A DNA stretch of 64,000 nt from a virus: IMG/VR virus record IMGVR_UViG_3300021478_000794, positions 25,391 through 89,390 of that record. The stretch is one strand, 5' to 3'. Positions 19,501 to 27,174 of this stretch are shown piece by piece. The position numbers and the translations under genes were made by a program. The notes beneath the pieces were generated by a model that saw only the letters and a program-made list of their open reading frames with translations, ran no database searches and was not told the DNA's origin. Each line of letters starts with the position of its first letter. Positions within the stretch are counted from its first letter, which is position 1.

Positions 19501-19883
19501 TAGAAGAAGACTTCCCCGGGATCGGTAACCTCCCGGATCTCGGCGACCCGGGTCCGGTCGGCCCGGGAAAGCTTATCGTAGGTCTCTAGAAAATTCCCGG
19601 TCGCGATCCCGGCCTCCCGGAGGACCATCTCGGTTAGCCGCCCGGCGTCGGAAGCGAACCCGAAGTTCGCGGTTAACTCGAAGTTCGTCGGCGCTTCCGT
19701 TACGACGATTAACCGGGGCCCGGTCGCGTTCCCCCGCCAGGCGAAATCCGGGACGCAGCTTAGGTCCGTTCCTTCGAGAACGAGGTTTCTAAGAGGCGAT
19801 TCCGCTTCCGGACGGCGTTTCCTCGGCGCTAAAGGCGGCCTTAGAAAGGTCGCCGTCGTTACTAACGTTGTTTTTGGTATCAT
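16515..19883 (-). CDS. polA: family A DNA polymerase with N-terminal UDG-like and 3'-5' exonuclease domains
   Basis: UDG-like VVTEAP...LLLGN...HPA; exonuclease YDWETT/HNLLFD/YNAYD; polymerase motifs ADMSQAELR, RALAKRFNFGIIYG, VHDS. Confidence 0.9.
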   Translation of the reverse strand: MIPKTTLVTTATFLRPPLAPRKRRPEAESPLRNLVLEGTDLSCVPDFAWRGNATGPRLIVVTEAPTNFELTANFGFASDAGRLTEMVLREAGIATGNFLETYDKLSRADRTRVAEIREVTDPGEVFFYHLNTAPRYGPDNKIIPPTEEESFFYAARFAELVTLLRPEHILLLGNGATGPLLGRASAGASAGATLDYIFPTILARALAAGNLDPELRRLSETVPKAVVSTDLHPAILLTNVREITGWAERVKKLAGSLGKKITVVDAEITVFDSFDRARNFLTELIDDPNLTELSYDWETTSITPALHRESITLSFGVARDPEHGYCIPTWHRVGVLFSHNERVALSALIGRLLRKERKVTLGHNLLFDNLVSRFDPWLGMGKKPLPGLRQETMYLAYVNDETGPQGLKELCNLYTDLHCYDDTLEDYKRENKIKASEYARIPLAILGPYNAYDAIANFRIRNALIAKLKADPRGPFLEIAFRLMSVQGQALEEMAFNGQKVDREICFREGRNHEIALREAVNKLMSAPAIIDFIKLKRREKAGKEARELMFQPKNLNREFVRLFPASPDVRSAISRFVKLLKANLGTLTEEGEIRLADGTPYEDNEFVKAVFNAVYTDRYEALDPAKDDLEKWKPWLKDEEYQADEEEELYYKANAGTGYKPNFNTHGGGEMGEFFFTHLKLPVNYRSEKTGAPSLSKEARPQLIGLHPTLTDFFTYKDIVKEYSGYFKPLIKAFRELDRGADTNELDRYGFSHLEIETGRTVTGRTRAQRLQTFPRKGKVKNMYVSRFERGLIVQADMSQAELRVVASLANEKKMIEAYLRGEDLHKITSVLLFGERFTESTEPKVKREMRALAKRFNFGIIYGSGAQGLVITCKKEGAELLVAGGYTPSEIYELTADELKLNLKDPYAYGAIEEMVDAIRADVAENLLKKFYVAYPDLKKWTDEVHAFLTKKGYYPSPFGRIRRLSASINSGDVSDQNEAKRQAQNFPVQSAASDITIVALAAIHAEFAKRSLRSLSFAAVHDSLLFDTPLEEAKEVAELARTRLSSVKENFAELLPEFDTSWIKVPFETDVEIGPSWGVSYPYRDGKLLVESVENGAKEDLFVEVEAFWDWNDGSKKKE

Positions 19884-20343
19884 ATTTCGGACTCCGGCGG
19901 AACGTATCGACGAAGCGGGTTAAATCCTCCTCGAACCACTTCTTAAAGAGAACGGGATACTTTTCCGTAACCCAGCTCGATAAATATAACCCGCAGTAGA
20001 CCAGTAGATCCCCCGCCCCGTCGATCCTCGGCCCGGGATCGTTATGACCGTGGTTCTCCATATCTTCGAACGACTTCGAGAGCCGGTCGTATTTCCGGTC
20101 GATATTGGCGGCGATCCCCCGGATCTCCCCCCGTTTCCGCCAGGAGTCCCCGTACCCGACCCCTTTACAAAAGGTCTGAACGTAAAGGTAAAAAAGAAGT
20201 TTCCCGAACTCGAACGACTTAAAACCGAGCGAGGCGTCGGTAACGTGGTCCGGGACCTCGATCTCGTCCGCGAGTTCGAGCTTCTCCGGCCCGTCGGTCC
20301 GTCCCTCCCAATTTACCGTTAACCGGAAACTAATTTTTTTCAT
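19789..20343 (-). CDS. nucleotide-modification-associated domain 1 (DUF1599-like) protein
   Basis: K...YGDSW..RG...I..NIDRKYDRL...DLLVY. Confidence 0.7.
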   Translation of the reverse strand: MKKISFRLTVNWEGRTDGPEKLELADEIEVPDHVTDASLGFKSFEFGKLLFYLYVQTFCKGVGYGDSWRKRGEIRGIAANIDRKYDRLSKSFEDMENHGHNDPGPRIDGAGDLLVYCGLYLSSWVTEKYPVLFKKWFEEDLTRFVDTFRRSPKYDTKNNVSNDGDLSKAAFSAEETPSGSGIAS

Positions 20344-20779
20344 CCCGTATTTTCTCCATGATATCCTTCGTTTTTCCGTAAACCGCTAACTCCTGTAAAT
20401 GAGAATAGAGAGAACCCCAATCCTCATAAACGAGAACCCCCTCTAAACTATGAAAAACGTTCTCTAGCGCGGTCCCGAACTTTCCGACGACGTAGCAAAC
20501 CTTCCCCCGTTCGTAGGCCATACCAAACTCGGTATGCCGCGATCCCCGGGGATAATCGACCTCCTTCGGTTCGGCGAAATTAATCACAATATCCGCTCCG
20601 AGTAAATCGAGCCGATCCATAGTAGCGAACGTTTTCGTCTCGCTCGGGCTCCCGACGATATCCCGCTCCCCGAAAACCCAGGTACTAGCGATTTCGAAGC
20701 CTAGGGCCTGTAAGGTGTGGGCGTATTTTTCGATATCCTCCCGCCGGGCGTACCGGGAGGCTAAGTAGACTTTTATCAT
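20330..20779 (-). CDS. nucleoside 2-deoxyribosyltransferase-like protein
   Basis: KVYLAS...D..DL..AD.V...G...EFGMAY..GK. Confidence 0.75.
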   Translation of the reverse strand: MIKVYLASRYARREDIEKYAHTLQALGFEIASTWVFGERDIVGSPSETKTFATMDRLDLLGADIVINFAEPKEVDYPRGSRHTEFGMAYERGKVCYVVGKFGTALENVFHSLEGVLVYEDWGSLYSHLQELAVYGKTKDIMEKIRDEKN

Positions 20780-20808
20780 TCTCCTCCTTAGAACGGGAAA
20801 GGAAGAGA

Positions 20809-23226
20809 TTAATTCGTCGTCGCCGCGATATAGTTTAGGTAATACCCTTCGACGGTTACCGGAGCCGCGAGAGTAACCGTAAAGCCGTAAGCGCTAATCG
20901 AGTCGTTCGCGACGCTCCACCCGATCGTCGGGTTTCCCGCCGGGACCGTAATCGAAGGGATAACGATCGGGACGGTCGTAAAATTCGGGTTAAAAGAGAT
21001 CGCGAAGACGGTTATTCCGAGCGGGATCGGGAGAGCCGCCGCCTGGGTAACGTCGAGCGAGGTAATCGGAGTCGGGGTCGAGGCGTCTTCCGCCGCGTTA
21101 AGGGAAGCGATAACGAAGTCGAGATGTTCGACCGAGAGAACCGGCTCCGGGATCGAGACCCGGACGGTATTCGCGGCGATGTAGCTGTAGGTCATCGGCA
21201 AATTCGCCGAAACGGTCGAAAGATGGAGGTTATCGAGCCCGGCGTCGGCGACGAAGGATAATACCGTCCAAGACCCAAAGTTCGGGTTAAAAATATCGAT
21301 ATAAGTCGTTCCCCCGGAGAGCCTAACGTAGAGCGTCGTATAGGAGATATTAAGCGCTTCCCGGAGGGCCCGGGGATTCGAGACGGAAAAGGAGGCCCCT
21401 TGGATAATCGTCGCTTCCGACGGATCCCCGAGGTAAAGGGGACCGAATCTATTCGCGATCTGATTAACGTAGGTAACGGAGCGGAGGCCGGGATCGCGGG
21501 TCGTTACCGTCTCGGTCGGGAACCGGCCTCCCGCCGAAATAAAGATATGGGCGTCGGCGGAAACGTTAAGACTCGGCGGGACGGAAGGGAAGAAGGGCTG
21601 GGAGAAGGGGCCGTGGGCGGTAAATTCGGAGTTCGAGACGTAAACGTACCGGTTCGGGGTCGTCCCGAGATCGGCGAAGGGGGCGTCGAGGATGCCCTGG
21701 CTCTTAACGCCCTGAATTAGGACCGGGGCCGGGATATCGTTCGCGAGCGGGCCCGCGATATTAACGTCCGGGTAGCGGGTCGCCGAGAGAAGGTTATTCG
21801 TAAAGAAGGGCTGGGATAAAAACGAGTGATCCCGGAGGACGGCCTGTCGGGTCGGGTTCCCGAGCGAGGCGAGGTTCGAGAGCCCGTAGGAGGTCCCGCC
21901 GATTACCGTCCCGCAGAAGACCCCCGCCGGGTTAACCGAATAGAAGAGGAGGTAGCTGAGGTTACAGTTAAAGAACTTCGCCGCGACCGCTCCCGAGGCG
22001 GTAAGAAGGGCGGAGTTATCGGAAACCGATAAGAGCGGGGAGATCGTCCGGACGTTAACGAACTCGGTCGCGGCGGTCGCCGCGACGACGTTAAGGAAGA
22101 CGTCGCCGACCGTATTAAAGAGCCGGAGCCCGTCGAGGGTTATCGTTATACTCGAAAGGGAGAGTTTTACGAAGGTCGAGTTCCGGAAATCGCCGGTAAA
22201 GGAGGCGTCGGTAAAGGGAGACGGATTTACGACGAGGGAGGCCGCGCTTTCGATCCGGTTCCAGTTTACCGTATTGTAGCGGGAATTATTTAAGAGCTTT
22301 AGCGGATAGACGTTGAGCGGGACGGAGTTCCGGACGAGTAAGCCGTCGATCTCGGTAAAGGTAATCCCGCTACTAGAGTAGGAGCCGAAGAGGCTCGCGG
22401 TCCCGCCGCCGAGAAGGAGCGCGGAATCGCGGATCTTAATCCCGAGATAGTTTAATCCCTCGAAGATCGTCCCGGTCCCGGCGCTCGTTAAAATCGCCGA
22501 ATCCTCGACGACGGCGACCAGCGGGTTCGGGTTCGAATTCGGGTCGAAATAGACGAGCGGACGGTTATTAAGCCGGACTTCGCAGCGATCGAGGACGAAC
22601 GGCGCGTTCGCGGGAGCGTGGAGATCGAGGAGCCCTTCCGTAATCGTCGCCGGAGCCCCGATATTCGAGATCGTACATTCCCGGAAAGTCGCCCCTTTCG
22701 GCATCGCCGTCCCCGCCGGGACCGAGAGGAGGGGAGCGTTATTCGAGATAAACTCGATCCCCTCGATTAACATTCCGCTCCCGGCGCACGCGGAAAAGAC
22801 CGGCGAGCCCGCCGCTCCCGAGACGACGGAGCCCGCCGCCCCGTAAATATCGACGTAATCGGAGCAGAGTTCAATCGGCCCCGTTTCGACCGTATTCGCC
22901 CCGATAACGAGGACCGCAACCTTCGCCCCCGAACCCGGAGTCCCGAACCGGGAGTTCGCCGCGACGTACCCCTCGTTTAAGGTACTAAAAGGCGAATCGA
23001 GATACCCGGCGATACTACTCCCGGTCTCGTCGAGAAAGTAGGAAAGCTGTTGGCCGACGAAGACGACCCCGGCGTAGGAGCCCATTCCCAAGAGATCCTT
23101 TATCCGGGCTAACTCGAAGGCCGAGGTCGGATCGCTCGCTTTCTTAAGCGGAACGTCCGGAGTTAGATACGAGTTCGCCGGATTAAAAGTAACGCTAATG
23201 CGTTTATCACCAGGGAGCAACGGCAT
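20809..23226 (-). CDS. large beta-rich virion protein (fibre/spike-like)
   Basis: 805 aa, S/T/N/V-rich beta-helix-like composition; GTAATTA motif upstream. Confidence 0.55.
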   Translation of the reverse strand: MPLLPGDKRISVTFNPANSYLTPDVPLKKASDPTSAFELARIKDLLGMGSYAGVVFVGQQLSYFLDETGSSIAGYLDSPFSTLNEGYVAANSRFGTPGSGAKVAVLVIGANTVETGPIELCSDYVDIYGAAGSVVSGAAGSPVFSACAGSGMLIEGIEFISNNAPLLSVPAGTAMPKGATFRECTISNIGAPATITEGLLDLHAPANAPFVLDRCEVRLNNRPLVYFDPNSNPNPLVAVVEDSAILTSAGTGTIFEGLNYLGIKIRDSALLLGGGTASLFGSYSSSGITFTEIDGLLVRNSVPLNVYPLKLLNNSRYNTVNWNRIESAASLVVNPSPFTDASFTGDFRNSTFVKLSLSSITITLDGLRLFNTVGDVFLNVVAATAATEFVNVRTISPLLSVSDNSALLTASGAVAAKFFNCNLSYLLFYSVNPAGVFCGTVIGGTSYGLSNLASLGNPTRQAVLRDHSFLSQPFFTNNLLSATRYPDVNIAGPLANDIPAPVLIQGVKSQGILDAPFADLGTTPNRYVYVSNSEFTAHGPFSQPFFPSVPPSLNVSADAHIFISAGGRFPTETVTTRDPGLRSVTYVNQIANRFGPLYLGDPSEATIIQGASFSVSNPRALREALNISYTTLYVRLSGGTTYIDIFNPNFGSWTVLSFVADAGLDNLHLSTVSANLPMTYSYIAANTVRVSIPEPVLSVEHLDFVIASLNAAEDASTPTPITSLDVTQAAALPIPLGITVFAISFNPNFTTVPIVIPSITVPAGNPTIGWSVANDSISAYGFTVTLAAPVTVEGYYLNYIAATTN

Positions 23227-23242
23227 ACGGTTTAGGCGTTAA

Positions 23243-23770
23243 TTACGATTCGGAGAGGCGACGGTTTAATTTCCGAACGAGCGCCGCTTCGTCCCATCCG
23301 CTCATCGTATGCATCGTTTCGACTTCCGGGACCTCCACCCAAAACTCCCCCAGTTGAGCGTTTTCCGGATCGTCCTTATTTTCCTCGTAATCGTTCATAA
23401 CCGCCCAGGTCATATCCTCGATGAACCAGGCGGCAATTAACGAGCCGATATCGGCGAGCTGCTTAATACTATCCGCGCCGGGAAAACTCGCGACGAGATG
23501 GAGGACGTTCGGCTCCTGGCGCGGGATCTTTTTCGTCGAAAAACTCCCGGCGTTCGGGTCGGGAAGCGAGATCGTCTCCCGGGCGAACTCGTCCGCCGCC
23601 GCCCAAAGCTCCTTCCCGAAGCGCTGGTAGAGGCGGTAGAGTTCCTTATTATTCTTAATTCCGGGAATCTTGCACGCCAGGACGTTCCCGTTATTTTTCT
23701 TAATAAATTCGAACGTTTTTAAATTGAACCGGTACGCCCGGGCGATTTTTAGAGCGAGATCGACGTCCAT
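23243..23770 (-). CDS. putative internal head protein with internal tag
   Basis: VPEVETMHTMSGWDE-A followed by a short tail ending LSES; lies among structural genes. Confidence 0.65.
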   Translation of the reverse strand: MDVDLALKIARAYRFNLKTFEFIKKNNGNVLACKIPGIKNNKELYRLYQRFGKELWAAADEFARETISLPDPNAGSFSTKKIPRQEPNVLHLVASFPGADSIKQLADIGSLIAAWFIEDMTWAVMNDYEENKDDPENAQLGEFWVEVPEVETMHTMSGWDEAALVRKLNRRLSES

Positions 23771-23775
23771 AAGCT

Positions 23776-24396
23776 TTAAAAGGAAGAATCGGGAATGTAG
23801 CCGCGTAAGATCGTCGGGTCGGCCTGGATCTTCCGGATCGTCTCGTTTTTCGCGTCGCCGAACCGGTAGATAACCGAGTCGATTGTAATATGGAGCGGGA
23901 GGCCGGTCTGGATGAAGACGTCTTCCGGGCGGACGTAGACGTCGAGGACCGTATAACGGAGTTCGAGGTAATCGAACTGATCCCCGATGGACGGGAAAAG
24001 GTCGTCCCGCTTTAGTTCGAGAAGTCCGACGCTCAACCGGATAAGCTGTTCGATTTCGAGACCCCGGGCGGTAAGCTGGTGCTTACGGCCTTCCGAATAG
24101 GACGGGTAACCGATTAAATTTAGTTTCCGAGAAAATTCGAGCCCGCCGACCTGTTCGCCCCAGATCGCCGCGATTTCGGAAGCTTTCGACACGCCTTTTT
24201 CTCCGGCGATAACTCCCGCCGAGTTCGCCGAGGTCGCCCGTTTATCTAGCTCGTAGTAGGGGAGCGAGGGACAGTGGACCCGGTAAAACTCGTCCCCATA
24301 TTTCAAAAGAGTCGCGTAATCGGGCGAGATTTTAAGCGGGTCGAATTCTTCGAATTTAATCGGGTAAGCGGGATTCGAGTAAGCGCCGAACTTCAC
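23776..24396 (-). CDS. head-closure/neck protein, gp14-like
   Basis: IWGE...FS, G.E, PSIGD pattern; near the gp13-like gene. Confidence 0.5.
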   Translation of the reverse strand: MKFGAYSNPAYPIKFEEFDPLKISPDYATLLKYGDEFYRVHCPSLPYYELDKRATSANSAGVIAGEKGVSKASEIAAIWGEQVGGLEFSRKLNLIGYPSYSEGRKHQLTARGLEIEQLIRLSVGLLELKRDDLFPSIGDQFDYLELRYTVLDVYVRPEDVFIQTGLPLHITIDSVIYRFGDAKNETIRKIQADPTILRGYIPDSSF

Positions 24397-24494
24397 GTCC
24401 TAGAATTACGGGGCAACCTTTCCGATAGCTTTTAAAGAGAAAACCGCTATAACGACTACCTTTGACCCATGAAATGAAATGAAAATCCCAAATA

Positions 24495-25721
24495 ATGAAA
24501 AACCCTAAATTCTTACTTCTAACCGCAACCTCTCTCTTAACGCTTACTTCTCTCGTTCTCCCGGCCCGGGCGGGGAACTATTACGTCGCGACGAACGGTA
24601 ACGATTCGTCCGGCGGTACCTCCTCGTCGTCCCCTTTCCGGACGATCGGGAAAGCCGCCTCGATCGCCTCTTCCGGGGATACCGTTAACGTCGCCGGAGG
24701 CTCGTATAATGAAACCGTAACGCTCGGGAAAAGCGGGACGAGCGACGCTCCGATTACCTTCCAAGGGTCCGACTCGACCGTTCTCGTCGGGAATTTATCC
24801 GTCGCCGGTAATAACCTCGTCGTTAACGGCTTTACCGTCTCTCCTCCTTCGGCGGGCCGGTTCGCGGCGATCTACATTCCGGGAACGAATAATCAAGTCG
24901 TCAACTGTACGGTCGTAAACTATGGAGCCGCCGCGAGCGACCAGGCCACGGCTATTTCCATAGACGGTTCGTTTAATCTCGTAAGCGGAGCCCTCATCCA
25001 CGACCTTAACGATATCGACGTTTTCCATCTCTTCGGCCACGACAATACCCTCTACAATTGTACCGTCTATAATATCCGCCTCCTCAACTACAACGCCAAT
25101 CATACGGACATATTCCAGACTTGGGATATCGGGAGCGCGAGCTATAATATCGTCGTCGATAGCTGCACGGTAACCAATTGTCAGTGCCAGCTCGGGAATA
25201 CCGAGACCACCTCCGCCGGGCGGATCCACGATTGGACCTTCCGGAATAACGTCTTCTCGAACATTAGTTACGCTCTCTATTCGGGAATTCCCGGGACCGT
25301 TTTTTACAATAACCTTTTCGACCGGGTTGGGACCGTTTTCGGTTACTCGGTAAGCTTATACGGAACCGCGCCCCGTTATAACTCCGACGGGGACGAGTTT
25401 ATTAACAACGTCTTCCTAAATAACCGCGAGGATATCCATATCCACGATAGTAACGCCTCCGCGCCTAAAAACCAGAATAACCGCTTTAGCGCTCAAGGCG
25501 GAAACTACAACTTCGTTAACGCCGCGAACGGCGATTACCATATCCGCCCGGGAAGCGTCCTAATCGGCGCGGGAGCGAATTTATCTTCCCTCTTTACTCA
25601 GGATAAAGACGGAAATAATAACCCGTCGAGCGGGGCCTGGAATATTGGGCCGTACGACGGCGGCGGAACCGTCTCCTCCTTACATTGGGATCGCGCTCAA
25701 ATCGCCTTGAACACTAAGTAG
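24495..25721 (+). CDS. secreted right-handed beta-helix protein (DUF1565/pectate-lyase-like)
   Basis: Signal peptide ending ARA; YYVATNGND...PFRTIGKA...GDTVNVAGGSY; C-terminal DYH...IGAG...WNIGPY. Confidence 0.8.
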   Translation: MKNPKFLLLTATSLLTLTSLVLPARAGNYYVATNGNDSSGGTSSSSPFRTIGKAASIASSGDTVNVAGGSYNETVTLGKSGTSDAPITFQGSDSTVLVGNLSVAGNNLVVNGFTVSPPSAGRFAAIYIPGTNNQVVNCTVVNYGAAASDQATAISIDGSFNLVSGALIHDLNDIDVFHLFGHDNTLYNCTVYNIRLLNYNANHTDIFQTWDIGSASYNIVVDSCTVTNCQCQLGNTETTSAGRIHDWTFRNNVFSNISYALYSGIPGTVFYNNLFDRVGTVFGYSVSLYGTAPRYNSDGDEFINNVFLNNREDIHIHDSNASAPKNQNNRFSAQGGNYNFVNAANGDYHIRPGSVLIGAGANLSSLFTQDKDGNNNPSSGAWNIGPYDGGGTVSSLHWDRAQIALNTK

Positions 25722-26399
25722 GTATTCGTTCAAGTCCTTAAGCTCTTCGCGGGCCTCGGAGACGAGGTTATCGCCGTTTAGAGTAAGGTTCTGGGCCGGG
25801 CCGGGTAAGACCCCCTGAAACTTGGAGCGGGTCTTCCCGAGCTGGAGCTTAGAGGAGGCGAGGCTATAGTCGCGGATCCAACGCTGATGCTCTAAACGGA
25901 CCTCGGAGAGCTTCCGGGGCATATGCCAGTAGTAAGCCGCCCGGAGGTTAAAGACCGGCGCGTAGACGAGGAGAGTATTATCTTGTTCTATCCAGTCCCA
26001 CTTCGGCTCGACCGAGGTCGCCCTCATCATCGTTTTCCGGTACCGTAAAAAGGTATCGTAATCGGCGAGCATAACCGAGTTAAGGGGGACCTGATCCCCT
26101 AAAAGCCCCATATAAAAGACGCTCGCCGGACGGACGTCGTCGGTAATAAACTGGACGTCGAAAACCCCGTACCCGCAATCGTGATCGAGCGGGTAAGAGC
26201 GGCATTCGGGCGAAATCGCGAGGATCCGCGAATAAATTAGCGGAATCCGCATCCCGTACGTTAAAAGGGCGTCGGTAATCGCGTTGTTAATCTGTTCGTC
26301 GGAAAGCTCGACCTGAAAAAGGCCCGAGCCGAGCTGGGAACGGACGTAGCTCCGGATCTCGGAAACGTTGTACCTATGGACCGCGAGATCGTTACTCAT
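25680..26399 (-). CDS. neck/head-tail adaptor protein, T4 gp13-like
   Basis: LG...VELSDEQI..AI; WIRDYSLA..K..LG..RSKF..LPG...LNG..L..EA. Confidence 0.8.
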   Translation of the reverse strand: MSNDLAVHRYNVSEIRSYVRSQLGSGLFQVELSDEQINNAITDALLTYGMRIPLIYSRILAISPECRSYPLDHDCGYGVFDVQFITDDVRPASVFYMGLLGDQVPLNSVMLADYDTFLRYRKTMMRATSVEPKWDWIEQDNTLLVYAPVFNLRAAYYWHMPRKLSEVRLEHQRWIRDYSLASSKLQLGKTRSKFQGVLPGPAQNLTLNGDNLVSEAREELKDLNEYLLSVQGDLSAIPM

Positions 26400-26572
26400 G
26401 TTCCGACCGTATTAAGCTGGTTTAGATTTTCGGCGTAAGCGATCGCGTCGTTCTGGTCGACGAAACCGGTCGTGACCTGGCCGTTAAATAAAACGATCCA
26501 GGTCTGATCCGATTGTCGGACGACGAGGTAATCGTTCGTATCGGTTACGTAGGTCTGAATAATCCAGTTCAA
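26396..26572 (-). CDS. small hypothetical protein (58 aa, TTG start)
   Basis: Fills gap; ATGA overlap with the neck gene; GTATTTTA motif upstream. Confidence 0.55.
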   Translation of the reverse strand: MNWIIQTYVTDTNDYLVVRQSDQTWIVLFNGQVTTGFVDQNDAIAYAENLNQLNTVGT

Positions 26573-26588
26573 AATCCCCTTAAAATAC

Positions 26589-27164
26589 CTACTTCGAGGC
26601 CGGAGAAGTCTCGGGTTTCGCCGAGTGCGGACGCCACTCGACCGTCTCTAGGTAATCCTCCCCGTAAGCCTTCTTAATATGGTGCTTTACCTTAGCCGGG
26701 TTGAGGCTTTCGAACCCGTCCTTATTGAGGATCCAGAGCCCGTCCGCATCTTGCCAGACCAGGTCCGCCTTATCCGTATTCGGGTTATCCTCCCGGTCGA
26801 GATGACTTAGCGGGGGAGGCGGTTCCCCGCTCTCTTTTAGCGGGTCGGGGATAAAAGCGGCGACGGTAGGCCGTTTAAGCGTCGCCTCGTGGGCCTCCAT
26901 TAGGGCGGCGTCGTCGAGGATAACCTCCTCTCGCGGGAGTCCCTCTTCTTTAAGCGTCTCGACGTCGGCGTAAACCGGCTTAATCCCGAGCCGTAGGAGC
27001 CAAGGCCACTCCGCTTTATCCGGGATAATCGGGTTCCCTTCCCGGTCCTGAATCCGCTGATCCCGCCAGAGGGTTATCTTAATTGGACGTTTATTGAAGC
27101 GGATATCGACGCTAATCGGGTAATCGTGCGTATTGACGAAAGCGACCACTACTTTTTCGGACAT
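26589..27164 (-). CDS. hypothetical protein
   Basis: ORF in structural run. Confidence 0.6.
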   Translation of the reverse strand: MSEKVVVAFVNTHDYPISVDIRFNKRPIKITLWRDQRIQDREGNPIIPDKAEWPWLLRLGIKPVYADVETLKEEGLPREEVILDDAALMEAHEATLKRPTVAAFIPDPLKESGEPPPPLSHLDREDNPNTDKADLVWQDADGLWILNKDGFESLNPAKVKHHIKKAYGEDYLETVEWRPHSAKPETSPASK

Positions 27165-27174
27165 AATACTTTTC

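Noticed and set aside
15295-19883. 2-aminoadenine (Z) genome system
   Set aside because: PolA and an HD hydrolase are present, but no PurZ-like gene is in this window; cannot be supported here.
16515-19883. Intein or intron in the polymerase (also checked terminase and helicases)
   Set aside because: No C...HN splice motifs, LAGLIDADG motifs or frame breaks seen; the extra length is explained by the UDG-like domain and short insertions.
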